Part shown: positions 13,300 to 23,813 of the stretch, one piece after another | Layout of the letters: the number at the start of each line of letters is the position of its first letter | Position numbering within the stretch: the first letter of the stretch is position 1 | Assembly: GCA_964016885.1 (NCBI GenBank) | Contig: OZ024743.1 | Span: forward strand, 291,462,001-291,526,000 | DNA length: 64,000 nt | Direction: 5' to 3' | From: Eledone cirrhosa | Lineage: Eukaryota | Translations under genes and position numbers: made by a program | Notes under the pieces: generated by a model | What the model saw: only the letters and a program-made list of their open reading frames with translations | Told to the model about the DNA's origin: nothing | Databases searched by the model: none

Positions 13300-14000
13300 T
13301 TATCGTTTCTCGCTTCTTGCCAAAACCAGCTCGATATGTGAAAACTCTTGTTGTGATGAAAACCGGCTGCGTGTTTTATGATGAGATTTCCCTCTGCAGT
13401 ATGGAGATGAGAGAAGGGGATTAGTTCTAACTTGGCAAATTTGACTACACAACATTACGTGTGAGGATTTAAAAAATCGCTGGGCCACTCTGATCCATGT
13501 CTACACATCATCTGGAAAGGCACCGGTTCCTTAGAAGAACACAGATTTGGGCGTTGTTCTACCCTCTGGCTGCGAGGCAGAATGTGTGATGGTAAATAAA
13601 AGACTGGACCCATATAACGGTTGTCATACACTTCCTATCTTCTTCGTTGAGTTGGAAACCTGCATTCTGGATGTGTGGTGTGTTAAGTTTAGTGCTATCC
13701 GAAACAACCATAGATGACTGGCTTTTCCTCTCCATGTCTGTTTCTGACTTCATGAAGAGAAACTCTCTGATGACTGTGCAGCTGGAGATGCTGAAAAATA
13801 GGTAGGCTTGCAGATCATCAAGGGAAGTGTCGTGTCTTGCCGGCCTATACTATCGGAACTAATGTTACAGGCTAAATCAGTGCAACGTTGAATGCTGGTG
13901 TCAAATTCATTGAGGCTATACCACACGGTGCAATGTAAAGAGAATTATACGAAGGACAAAACAGTTCGTCTTCCGAGCCAGGTCTGATTTCTTGGTCTCA
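13300..14000 (-). pseudogene. Highly degraded Gypsy-type LTR retrotransposon RT remnant
   Basis: ORF 13559..13753 contains VVSDSTKLN and AGFQLNEEDRKCMTTVIW, which resemble the Gypsy RT motifs VDyxkLN and GfhQi.l.eesr.lTtF. Boundaries uncertain. Confidence 0.45.
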
Positions 14001-14618
14001 AAATACACTTCGATGACATTTAAGAGAGTAGGAGTGACAAGAATGTAGGCATCACCCATCGCTATTTGAAATTGAATAAATAAATAAAGTAAAATGTGTC
14101 TATATATTTGTGGGGGATGCATGAGTGATAATGCTTGATATTACGTGTGCATTCCACCCGCACAAACATACATAATTGCGTACCTACGGATGTATCTACA
14201 TATATATATTATGATGTTTATGTATTGTTTGTTCTTTTCCTGAAACAATTTCAATATACAAGGTAGTGTTTAAACAACAGAGTAAGGAAGGCGTTTTAAA
14301 GTAGTGAGAGTGAGGTAGCGATAATGGGATATGATAATAAAACGTGAAAGGGAAATAGGAATGAATGAGCATTCGTCATTGCACCACAACAACACAAATT
14401 ATGAGTCATAAAAGAGACAATGTGAAGGGAAAATAAATGAAAATTGAGAGGGAGCAAATCATAATTCGAAAAAATGCAACGTGTTAAGAGACGAAAAAGC
14501 ACAAAATCTAATGGGAGGCATGAAAGGAAATTAATGCAGAGGCGGAGAAATGCACATATAAACACTGAGACAAACATTTCAAAATATAAATTAACTGATG
14601 TGCTTTAGAATACAAGAT

Positions 14619-14652
<34 letters not shown>

Positions 14653-15334
14653 GAGAGAGAGGCAGACAGAGGATGGGGACCGGGGAGTAGAGACATACAA
14701 GCAGAAGTTGAAATGATGCTTGAGAGGAAGAAAGGAGGTTATATAATACAGATTTAGAGGAGGGAGGGGAGGTAGTCATACACATTTAAGATATACATAT
14801 ATATACGTGTGTGAGCGTACGTATATTTGCTTGTATATGTTATTGGCGTATATATTATATATAATAGTACATGTGCATTTGGTTATGTGTATACGTGAGT
14901 TTTGCGCCTGTCTGAGTATGCGGGCGCGTACGTATGTAGGGTGTGTGTATATGTGTATTTTGTGTTTTGGTTGACGTACGTATGTAGGGTGTGTGTATAT
15001 GTGTATTTTGTATTTTGGTTGACGTCGCCCGCGAACATATGTGTCGTTACATGTAGGTGTGTGAGTGTACACGCGGTATGTACGTATTTATGTGTGTATA
15101 TTTATATACGGTTATTTTATTATGTATACACGCACGCACACACGCTCGCACATGAATATGTATATATGTTTTTATATATATGTTTATGTGTATTTGGTGT
15201 ATACGTTCGCATGTGTGCGGGTACAGGCGTTGCGTGGGATCTGTATGTGCGTGGTTATTTTTTGTTTGTACGTGCTTGTATTTGCATGCCCATGGCGAGT
15301 GTTTTCGCGTATGCTTGTGTGTGTACGTATATGG

Positions 15335-15848
15335 ATGCGTGTATGTATATATTTAATTTCAATTACCTCTGTATTTTAATTACTTTATTCTTAACTCTGA
15401 ATCCGAGAATCATTCGGTTTCCTAAATAGAATTTTAGTCTACGACTTCAGTTACATCATTTACGTAGTTTTGTCTTTGCGTGTAATTGTCCTCAATGCTC
15501 CACATAATGACGTATTATCTTCGTTTTTTCCGTTCATTGCAAGAGAACGTCTCCATGAACCATCTAATAGAGTATTAGTCTACGACTTCATTTATACCGT
15601 AAATATGGTTTCGTCTTTGCGTGTAATTGTTTTCACCGCACCAAATAATGACGTATTATCTTCGTTTTTTCTGTTCTTTGCCAGGGAACGTTTCCACGAA
15701 CCAAAGTATCGTCTTACCGTCTCCCTTCGGTTGCAACGTTTTTTGAAATATTTACTTCTGAGTTCACAGATTGACTTTTTTATTTTCAGAAGATCCCGTT
15801 AAGGGTGAAAGCAGCGATTATTTGTTTAAACTTTAATCTGTTATTTCA
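15335..15848 (+). repeat. Dispersed non-coding element with internal 142-bp tandem duplication (second copy at 60690-61235)
   Basis: TTAGTCTACGACTTCA at 15434 and 15576 (60818 and 60960 in the other copy). Shared 3' end with an HHR-like vestige (CAGAAGA-UCCC GUUAA GGGU-GAAA). Confidence 0.75.
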
Positions 15849-15878
15849 ATATATATATATATATATATTCAGTCATAG

Positions 15879-15909
<31 letters not shown>

Positions 15910-15944
15910 GTAAGAATATTTTCGAAACAGCGAGCTAGTTTGAA

Positions 15945-16176
15945 ATTAGAAATATAAGCTATCGCCGTATTTTGACTAAAGAAATTAAAGAAATTATTTA
16001 GCCTGATAGTGGGGTTAAGATCCCTCGGAGAAATGGAAAACAAGATGTGTACTGATTTACATGTACATCAATACTCAACTTTTTCCATTTATCCGAGGGT
16101 TCTTAACACCTCTATCAGACTAAATAATTTCTTTAATTCCTTTAGTCAAAATACGACGATAGCTTATATTTCTAAT
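15945..16176. repeat. Fold-back (MITE-like) element between (TA)n tracts
   Basis: 15945-16040 is the reverse complement of ~16080-16176 with a few substitutions. Spacer ~40 bp. Confidence 0.8.
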
Positions 16177-16304
16177 ATATATATATATATATATTGAAAA
16201 AAATGAAAACGAAATTTCATTTCTCACTCTTAGTATGGCACTTACTTAAATGTAAGTATGTATGTATACGTACATACATATATGTATACAGACGTACAGT
16301 AGCA

Positions 16305-16373
<69 letters not shown>

Positions 16374-16536
16374 CATATATACATACAGGTACACATACAT
16401 ATATGCACGCATCAGTTTAGCGGACGCTTATTATAACGCCGCTTTGTTCGTTTGTCAACAAACTGAACAGCCTCAATTTATGCCATACGGTGTTAAGGCA
16501 ACCACGTCACCTTTTTGTTCAACACTGACACAGGAA

Positions 16537-16577
16537 CGATGTACTAGTTTCAAGCTTGTTAGCTATCATCACCACCG
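16537..16577 (-). ncRNA. HHR family A copy, probably inactive (C3->G)
   Basis: Minus strand: CGGUG-GUGAUGA-UAGCU AACA AGCUU-GAAA-CUAG-UA-CAUCG. Confidence 0.7.
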
Positions 16578-16813
16578 TTTACCCATCTGCCAGATAGTTG
16601 AACGTTCGAAAGTATATACTTTCCTTATGAAAATTAACGGCTGAGCAGCCTAATTTGCATATTGAGTGAGTTAAATCGGTCAGGCATACCGAAAACGATA
16701 AGTTGAAAAAAATGAAAATGAAATTTCATTTCTCACCCTTAGTATGGCACTTACTTAAATGTAAGTATGTATGTATACGTACATACATATATGTATACAG
16801 ACGTACAGTAGCA

Positions 16814-16886
<73 letters not shown>

Positions 16887-17226
16887 ATATAAAATATATA
16901 CATACAGGTACACATACATATATGCACGCATCAGTTTAGCGGATGCTTATTATAACGCCGCTTTGTTCGTTTGTCAACAAACTGAACAGCCTGAATTTAT
17001 GCAATACGGTGTTAAGGCAACCACGTCACCTTTTTGTTCAACACTGACACAGGAACGATGTACTAGTTTCAAGCTTGTCAGTGTTGAACAAAAAGGTGAC
17101 GTGGTTGCCTTAACACCGTATGGCATAAATTCAGGCTGTTCAGTTTGTTGACAAACGAACAAAGCGGCGTTATGATAAGCGTCCGCTAAACTGTTGCGTG
17201 CATATATGTATGTGTACCTGTATGTA

Positions 17227-17309
<83 letters not shown>

Positions 17310-17545
17310 TGCTACTGTACGTCTGTATACATATATGTATGTACGTATACATACATACTTACATTTAAGTAAGTGCCATACTAAGAGTGAGAAATGAAAT
17401 TTCGTTTTCATTTTTTTCAACTTATCGTTTTCTGTATGCCTGACCGATTTAACTCACTCAATATGCAAATTAGGCTGCTCAGCCGTTAATTTTCATAAGG
17501 AAAGTATATACTTTCGAACGTTCAACTATCTGGCAGATGGGTAAA

Positions 17546-17586
17546 CGGTGCTGATGATAGCTAACAAGCTTGAAACTAGTACATCG
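17546..17586 (+). ncRNA. Minimal type I hammerhead ribozyme (family A)
   Basis: CGGUG-CUGAUGA-U AGCU AACA AGCU U-GAAA-CUAG-UA-CAUCG. Intact core, palindromic stem III ACUAGU, cleavage after GUA (17581). Confidence 0.88.
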
Positions 17587-17743
17587 TTCCTGTGTCAGTG
17601 TTGAACAAAAAGGTGACGTGGTTGCCTTAACACCGTATGGCATAAATTCAGGCTGTTCAGTTTGTTGACAAACGAACAAAGCGGCGTTATAATAAACGTC
17701 CGCTAAACTGATGCGTGCATATATGTATGTGTACCTGTATGTA

Positions 17744-17830
<87 letters not shown>

Positions 17831-18066
17831 TGCTACTGTACGTCTGTATACATATATGTATGTACGTATACATACATACTTACATTTAAGTAAGTGCCAT
17901 ACTAAGAGTGAGAAATGAAATTTCGTTTTCATTTTTTTCAGCTTATCGTTTTCTGTATGCCTGACCGATTTAACTCACTCAATATGCAAATTAGGCTGCT
18001 CAGCCGTTAATTTTCATAAGGAAAGTATGTACTTTCGAACGTTCATCTATCTGGCAGATGGGTAAA

Positions 18067-18107
18067 CGGTGCTGATGATAGCTAACAAGCTTGAAACTAG
18101 TACATTG
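18067..18107 (+). ncRNA. Minimal type I hammerhead ribozyme (family A)
   Basis: Same as 17546, except the stem I 3' strand is CAUUG (G-C to G.U, still paired). Confidence 0.85.
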
Positions 18108-18264
18108 TTCCTGTGTCAGTGTTGAACAAAAAGGTGACGTGGTTGCCTTAACACCGTATGGCATAAACTCAGGCTATTCAGTTTGTTGACAAACGAACAA
18201 AGCGGCGTTATAATAAGCGTCCGCTAAACTGATGCGTGCATATATGTATGTGTACCTGTATGTA

Positions 18265-18321
<57 letters not shown>

Positions 18322-18437
18322 TGCTACTGTACGTCTGTATACATATATGTATGTACGTATACATACATACTTACATTTATATATATATTGATATACTTAT
18401 ATATATATATAAGATCAATGACTCTAACACAGCTTTG

Positions 18438-19040
18438 TATATGAAACACGTAGATTGTATATCTGGCGGCATACGGTATGATTATAAATAAACATTTAGA
18501 AATCCTTCAGCTACGGATTTGAAAAATGATAGCATAGTGACATCTAGCACATTCCAACAGAAGCTAAGTAAGGGCAAACATTCATTTCAAAACTTCTGGT
18601 CGTTATCAAACTGGTGTTCCCGACCGCTTACTGTTTAATATAAGCTAAAGCATAGTTCAGAAGATTATTTGCATTGGCTGATTAGCCACATTAGCATATA
18701 AAGTACAACTACCTCGGCCATTAATAAAGTAAGGGCAATAACTCTGACATAGCCGTTACTCTATATGCAAATTTGGCTAATCAGCCAATGTAAATAGGCT
18801 TCTAAACTGTATGTTTTAAATTATATTAATTTCCAACAGTAATTGACCGGCAGTACCAATTTGATAACGACTAGACTAGAAGTCAGAAACCATGACGTCA
18901 TCATCACTGGTCGCCCGTACTTAGCTTCTGATGGAACACGCTAGAGGGCGCTATGCTATCAGTTGTCAAAACCATAGGTGAAAGCCTTCTAAATGTTTAT
19001 TTATAAACATACCATATGTCACCAGATATACATCTCCATG

Positions 19041-19050
<10 letters not shown>
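18438..19050. repeat. Old ~600-bp fold-back (MITE-like) element
   Basis: Left half (TATGAAACACG...ATTGGCTGATTAGCCA) is the diverged reverse complement of the right half (TGGCTAATCAGCCAAT...TTTCATA). Confidence 0.75.
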
Positions 19051-19103
<53 letters not shown>

Positions 19104-19145
19104 TAGAAATTACATGAATCAAAGTTATGTTCTAACCATTTATTA

Positions 19146-19190
19146 GCTTACAATTGTTTCTTCCAAACCGAGGTTTGGATTCTTCGGAGC
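19146..19190 (-). ncRNA. Type I hammerhead, C4 core variant (family C)
   Basis: Minus strand: GCU-CCGAAGA-A UCCAAAC CUCG GUUUGGA A-GAAA-CAAUUG-UA-AGC. Palindromic stem III ACAAUUGU. Confidence 0.65.
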
Positions 19191-19734
19191 AATTTTTCAA
19201 TGATAGTTTACATACATGACCTCCTTTCCAACACAAGAGACATACAGAAACACACGTATATATCGATGCACAGTGGGATGACATCCATTATAATATTTTA
19301 GCATGCCAATTTACATTCAAAGATTAAAGTCATATTAAAAGAAAATTACAACAAAAATAAAGTTAAAATACAACGTTGGCAGTTTACGAAGATAATGCAA
19401 GAGGATAGTTTGAAGTAGTTAGTGTATGCAATAGTTACACGTGGGGCATGCACGTGTGTCATATTTATATAAGATTATAGTGCGGCAAAGTGTTATATGG
19501 AATACAATCACTTTATTTATCCTCTTTCATTATCTTCGTAAACTGCCAATGTTGTATTTTAACTTTATTCTTGTTGTAATTTTCTTTTAATATGACTTTA
19601 ATCTTTGAATGTAAATTGCCATGCTAAAATATTATAATGGATGTCATCCCACTGTGCATCGATATATACATTTGTTTCTGTATGTCTCTTGTGTTGGAAA
19701 GGAGGTCATGTATGTAAACTATCATTGAAAAATT

Positions 19735-19779
19735 GCTCCGAAGACTCCAAACCTCGGTTTGGAAGAAACAATTATAAGC
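19735..19779 (+). ncRNA. Type I hammerhead, C4 core variant (family C), stem III mutated
   Basis: GCU-CCGAAGA-C UCCAAAC CUCG GUUUGGA A-GAAA-CAAUUA-UA-AGC. Confidence 0.55.
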
Positions 19780-20149
19780 TAATAAATGGTTAGAACAGAA
19801 ATTTGATTCATGTAATTTCTATATAACTTCTCTGTAGAACAACTAATGTTATTACATTGAGCTAATTATCTTACTGGTAATAAGGTAGTAATAAATTACT
19901 ATCTTTCACTGTTTAGGGTGTAAAATATATATAACTATAAGGTTTTAGTATATACATAACCATAAATAGTATCCTTAATACTATATATAAATATATATAT
20001 ATATATTCACTTCACAATCTGCGGTTCTGGGACCGAGAAGAGCACCAATCAATGAAGCACTCGGTAGATGGTATCATGTAAATAGTTATGTTATGAAAAG
20101 TAGAGGATCGATTACGAGCTCAGTAAGAGAGAGGGAGAGAGTTAGATAT

Positions 20150-20400
20150 ATAGGGAGAGTAGTGGTTAGGTGTTAGGACCATGATCGACAGATCCCGCTT
20201 TCTATTTTCCGATCGTATGGCGCATTGTGCTCTTGAGGAATGCAATTTATTATTACTGGGATAAGGATGCATGGGTTTGTAAAATCCTCATCCATTTAAT
20301 AATTAATTCCACTACCAATTGGTTCCGTAGTTTAAATGAGATACAATGCACATTGTCTGAAACGCAGGATGACAGTAGGAATTAAAGGATACATGCGTCT
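20150..20400 (+). mobile_element. Degraded tRNA-derived SINE of a second family
   Basis: tRNA-like head GTAGTGGTTAGG..., followed by a ...TTGTGCTCTTGAG... body segment. Strongly diverged. Confidence 0.35.
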
Positions 20401-20497
20401 GTATATATGCATACGTTTACACACATATATACATATAAACACGCTTCGTTGATGAATAATGCACATACGTATAGTTATATACATAAACAATGTTATG

Positions 20498-20553
<56 letters not shown>

Positions 20554-21134
20554 TAAATATATCTACCGACATATGTATACAGATGCATACCTATGCTAGC
20601 AGATATATATGTTTTGTCTTAGTAACTTTGTAGTTCTATGCAGGGGAAAGCAGAACAATTATATGAAAGGCGTAAATAAGAAAGTTATGAAAATTGACTT
20701 ACTTATCATCTTCAAATTATTTGTTGAGCAACATTTGCCAAATTACTACTGTGACTGATAGTAGTAGCTAGGTTCTGTCTTAATAGCACCCCCACTCCAA
20801 GCTGGTTAACCTCAGTGTCACGTGATTAATTCTTTTGAATTTGCCCCTTGACCAAGAAGGCAGTGAATTTTTCAGTGGCTTGGAATCTAGCCCCGCTCGC
20901 TTTTTTCGCTTTTTTCCATCCACTGAATTATTGTTATATAAGTTTCCAGTGTCCCCGCATTGCCTGGTAACTTAGCTGCGAATAGACTCCCTGATGACGT
21001 AAGGCTTCTCTACAGTTATTACATAACTGTATTTATCCCCTTACAGAATCTAATTAGTTGGAGTGAAGTTTTAGTAAGTAAGTCAATTTTCATAACTTTC
21101 TTACTTACGTCTTTCATATATATATATATATATA

Positions 21135-22150
21135 TAGAAGTGTTTACACGACAGTTAGTTCTCCATACCGAGAACAATTGTTTCACCTTAGCTGCACCTC
21201 AGTTCGTAATGGACATGGTTATACGGACAGGAAGGACAACCGTACGGACGCGCATGTGCAGAAACGATCACTTCACACAGGCAATACTAAATTGTGTGAG
21301 AAGGGTGTAAGGGAGTTAACTGCGAAAGTCCGAAAGTTTCTAGTTGATAAGAAAATTAGCATGTTGTAATTCAATACGGAGCTTTGTTGTTATGTAAGAG
21401 GTGTTTCCAGACGTGGTAAGAATTTATTTGCTCGTATTTAGGCATCACTATTGCGTAATCTCTTTAGAATATTTATTCGTTCATCAATACATAGTCCACA
21501 CGACGGATTGCCCCTTGCGTATGGCTTTGAGTTAGTGATAGCTTTCCATTGAATGGAGTAGTCTATACTTGAGTCCTTGAGGGACCATACGTGGCTCGCG
21601 AGTTTCGTGGAGGAACGTCTGTCCGGGTACCTAAAGGTCGACTGGTGGTTCAAGAAGCGTTCCTTAAATCGGTCCTCCGCCATACTAACATAGGATTTGA
21701 CCTCCTCTGGCTGATTTGGTCGGTTGGAAGGGACCACAGCTTAATAAACTATAGCGGGTGTGTTGCATTGCTGTTGAAGGGGATAAGCTTGGGGCTAACG
21801 GCAAGACCACTCTAGTGGGGTGATGTTCGGATGGCTGTTAGTGATGTGGGCCTTCATGTTCTTAGCGCAGGAGCATTCTAGTTTTACTTAGTGTCGGTTA
21901 AAGATGGAGCGGTATTTATGACCTATGGGAAAGTGTCTTTTTAAGAAGGCTAGAAATTGTTTGCCTACATTGGTTTTAAATTGAGTGAGAGGGAGGAGAG
22001 AACCAGATAGTTTGTCTATTGTTACGCTTTCTTTTCTTATTGCTGTTGTTGTTAGTGGGAGAATAAGTGATAGGTTGCGAGAAGCCGTTGTTATAGTAGG
22101 GTGCCGCCCTGTCAACGATAGCCTTATTAGAGGAGAGGTTTGAGATTCTA
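21135..22150 (-). mobile_element. Penelope-like element 3' fragment (Hydra-clade-like linker/GIY-YIG) with degenerate 3' HHR at 21169-21206
   Basis: ORFs 21888..22115 (KTNVGKQFLAFLKRHFP...IFNRH) and 21438..21737 (FKERFLNH...LASHVWSLK...CGLC). Downstream on minus: CGAA-CUGAGGU-...-GAAA-CAAUUG-UU-CUCG. Confidence 0.85.
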
Positions 22151-22359
22151 GTACTGATATTATTTACGAAGTTTCTAAAAACAGTGGGAGGGTGGCATGA
22201 TACCTTGTGAATATAATTGAGTTTTCCCCATGCACTGAGTGCTCTACCACTACGGATATTACCTTCCAGTGTTCTACCACTATATATTTATTTATATATA
22301 TATGTGTGTTTGTGTGTGTGTTTGTGTGTATGTGAGTGTGCATGTGTGTGTATGTGCAC

Positions 22360-22438
<79 letters not shown>

Positions 22439-22443
<5 letters not shown>

Positions 22444-23813
22444 AAAGTATGTGTCCTATAAGTAATTAATACATACAGGGATACAAGTATAGTCCGTATG
22501 CTAGAGTCGTTCAATAGCAAGTTAATAAATTAACAAGCCAGAACATATAAAATCAAAGGAGTGTAAATACAGAAAATATCTTTAAAAAATAATAATAAAT
22601 AATTAAATTCCAAAATCTAGACTGTACTTACTATATGTGTCTTTGCCGCGGTTTCAGATCCCAAATAAATAGAAAATCCAAATGGATTTCGATTGAGAAA
22701 GAGATCATCGTCAGAAGGCTTTTCTCTCTCGGAGAATATAAATTTCCCGAGTTCAAATTACAAACTAGCGCCATACCAAACTGCCTCAGAATGAATCAGT
22801 TATATAATAAGTACAGTTTTTGTTTGGGATTTAATTATTTATTATTATTTTTTAAGATATTTTCTGTGTTTACACATCCTTGATTTTATATGTTCTGGCT
22901 TGTTAATTCATTAACTTGCTATTGAACGACACTGGCATACGGACTATACTTGTATCCCTGTATGTATTAAATACATATAGGACACAACTGTTATTATTAT
23001 TCTCCCCAATGGTAGAGACACCCTCGGTCGTTCGTATAGCTGCTATTTTAGTAGCATTAGATTGACCTGTCCAACGTACTTTGGCCTTTGCATGCGTTCC
23101 TAACCATAACTGTTTCATTCTGAGGCAGTTTGGTATGATGCTAGCTTCTAATTTGAACTCGCGAATTTTATATTCTCCGGGAGAGAAAAGCCTTCTGACG
23201 ATGATCTCTTTCTCAAAGGAAATCCACTTGGATTGTCTATTACTTTGGGATCTGAAACCGCGGTAAAGGCACATATAATGAGTACAGTGAATATTTTGGA
23301 ATTTAATTATTTATTATTTTTTAAGATATTTTCTGTTTACACGCTCTTGATTTTATATGATCTGGCTTGTTAATTTATTAACTTGCTATTGAACGACACT
23401 GGCATACGGACTATACTCGTATCCCTGTATGTAATAATTAGATATAGGACACATACTTTTATTATTATTCTCCCCAATGGTAGAGATACCCCCGGTCGTT
23501 CGTATAGCTGCTATATTTAGTAGCATTAGATTAACCTGTCCAACGTGCTTTCGCCTTTGCACGCGTTCCTAACCATAACTGATTCATTCTGAGGCAGTTT
23601 GGTATGGCGCTAGTTTGTAATTTGAACTCTGGAATGTTATAATCTCCGAGAGAGAAAAAACCTTCTGATTATGATTTCTTTCTCAATGGAAATCCACTTG
23701 GATTGTCTATTTATTTGGGATATGAAACCGCGGTAAAAGCATATATAGTAGGTACAGTGACTGTTTTGGAATTTAATTATAGATCATTATCTTTTAAGAT
23801 ATTTTCTGTGTTT
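22439..23813. repeat. ~468-bp unit: inverted partial copy (22439-22802) followed by ~2.1 tandem copies (22803-23813)
   Basis: CTCCCCAATGGTAGAG occurs at 23002 and 23470. The left block is the reverse complement of the unit. This is the same inverted-plus-tandem architecture as PLE-type insertions. Confidence 0.85.

Larger units (their letters stand above)
16195..18378. mobile_element. Non-coding ~521-bp tandem-unit element with one HHR per unit (retrozyme/PLE pLTR-like), arranged head-to-head (left array minus, right array plus)
   Basis: Period 521 (HHRs at 17546 and 18067). The left units 16195-17078 are reverse complements of the right units. Inversion centre at ~17050-17078. Each unit carries a variable (TA)n. 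No real ORF. Confidence 0.9.
19102..19822. mobile_element. Head-to-head fold-back of an HHR-bearing pLTR-like sequence (~300-bp arms, ~120-bp spacer)
   Basis: 19102-19407 is the reverse complement of 19528-19822 with few substitutions. There is one HHR near each outer end. Confidence 0.88.

Noticed and set aside
15787-15820. HHR-like CAGAAGA-UCCC GUUAA GGGU-GAAA (also ~61175)
   Set aside because: The core is mutated in both copies and stems I and III cannot be formed. Kept only as a vestige.
16195-18378. Fold-back as long-read chimera or assembly artefact
   Set aside because: Arms differ by substitutions and TA-tract lengths, extend unequally, and share polarity with many older diverged fold-backs. 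Read-level confirmation is still desirable.
20985-21015. CUGAUGA near the PLE 3' region
   Set aside because: No downstream GAAA or stems.
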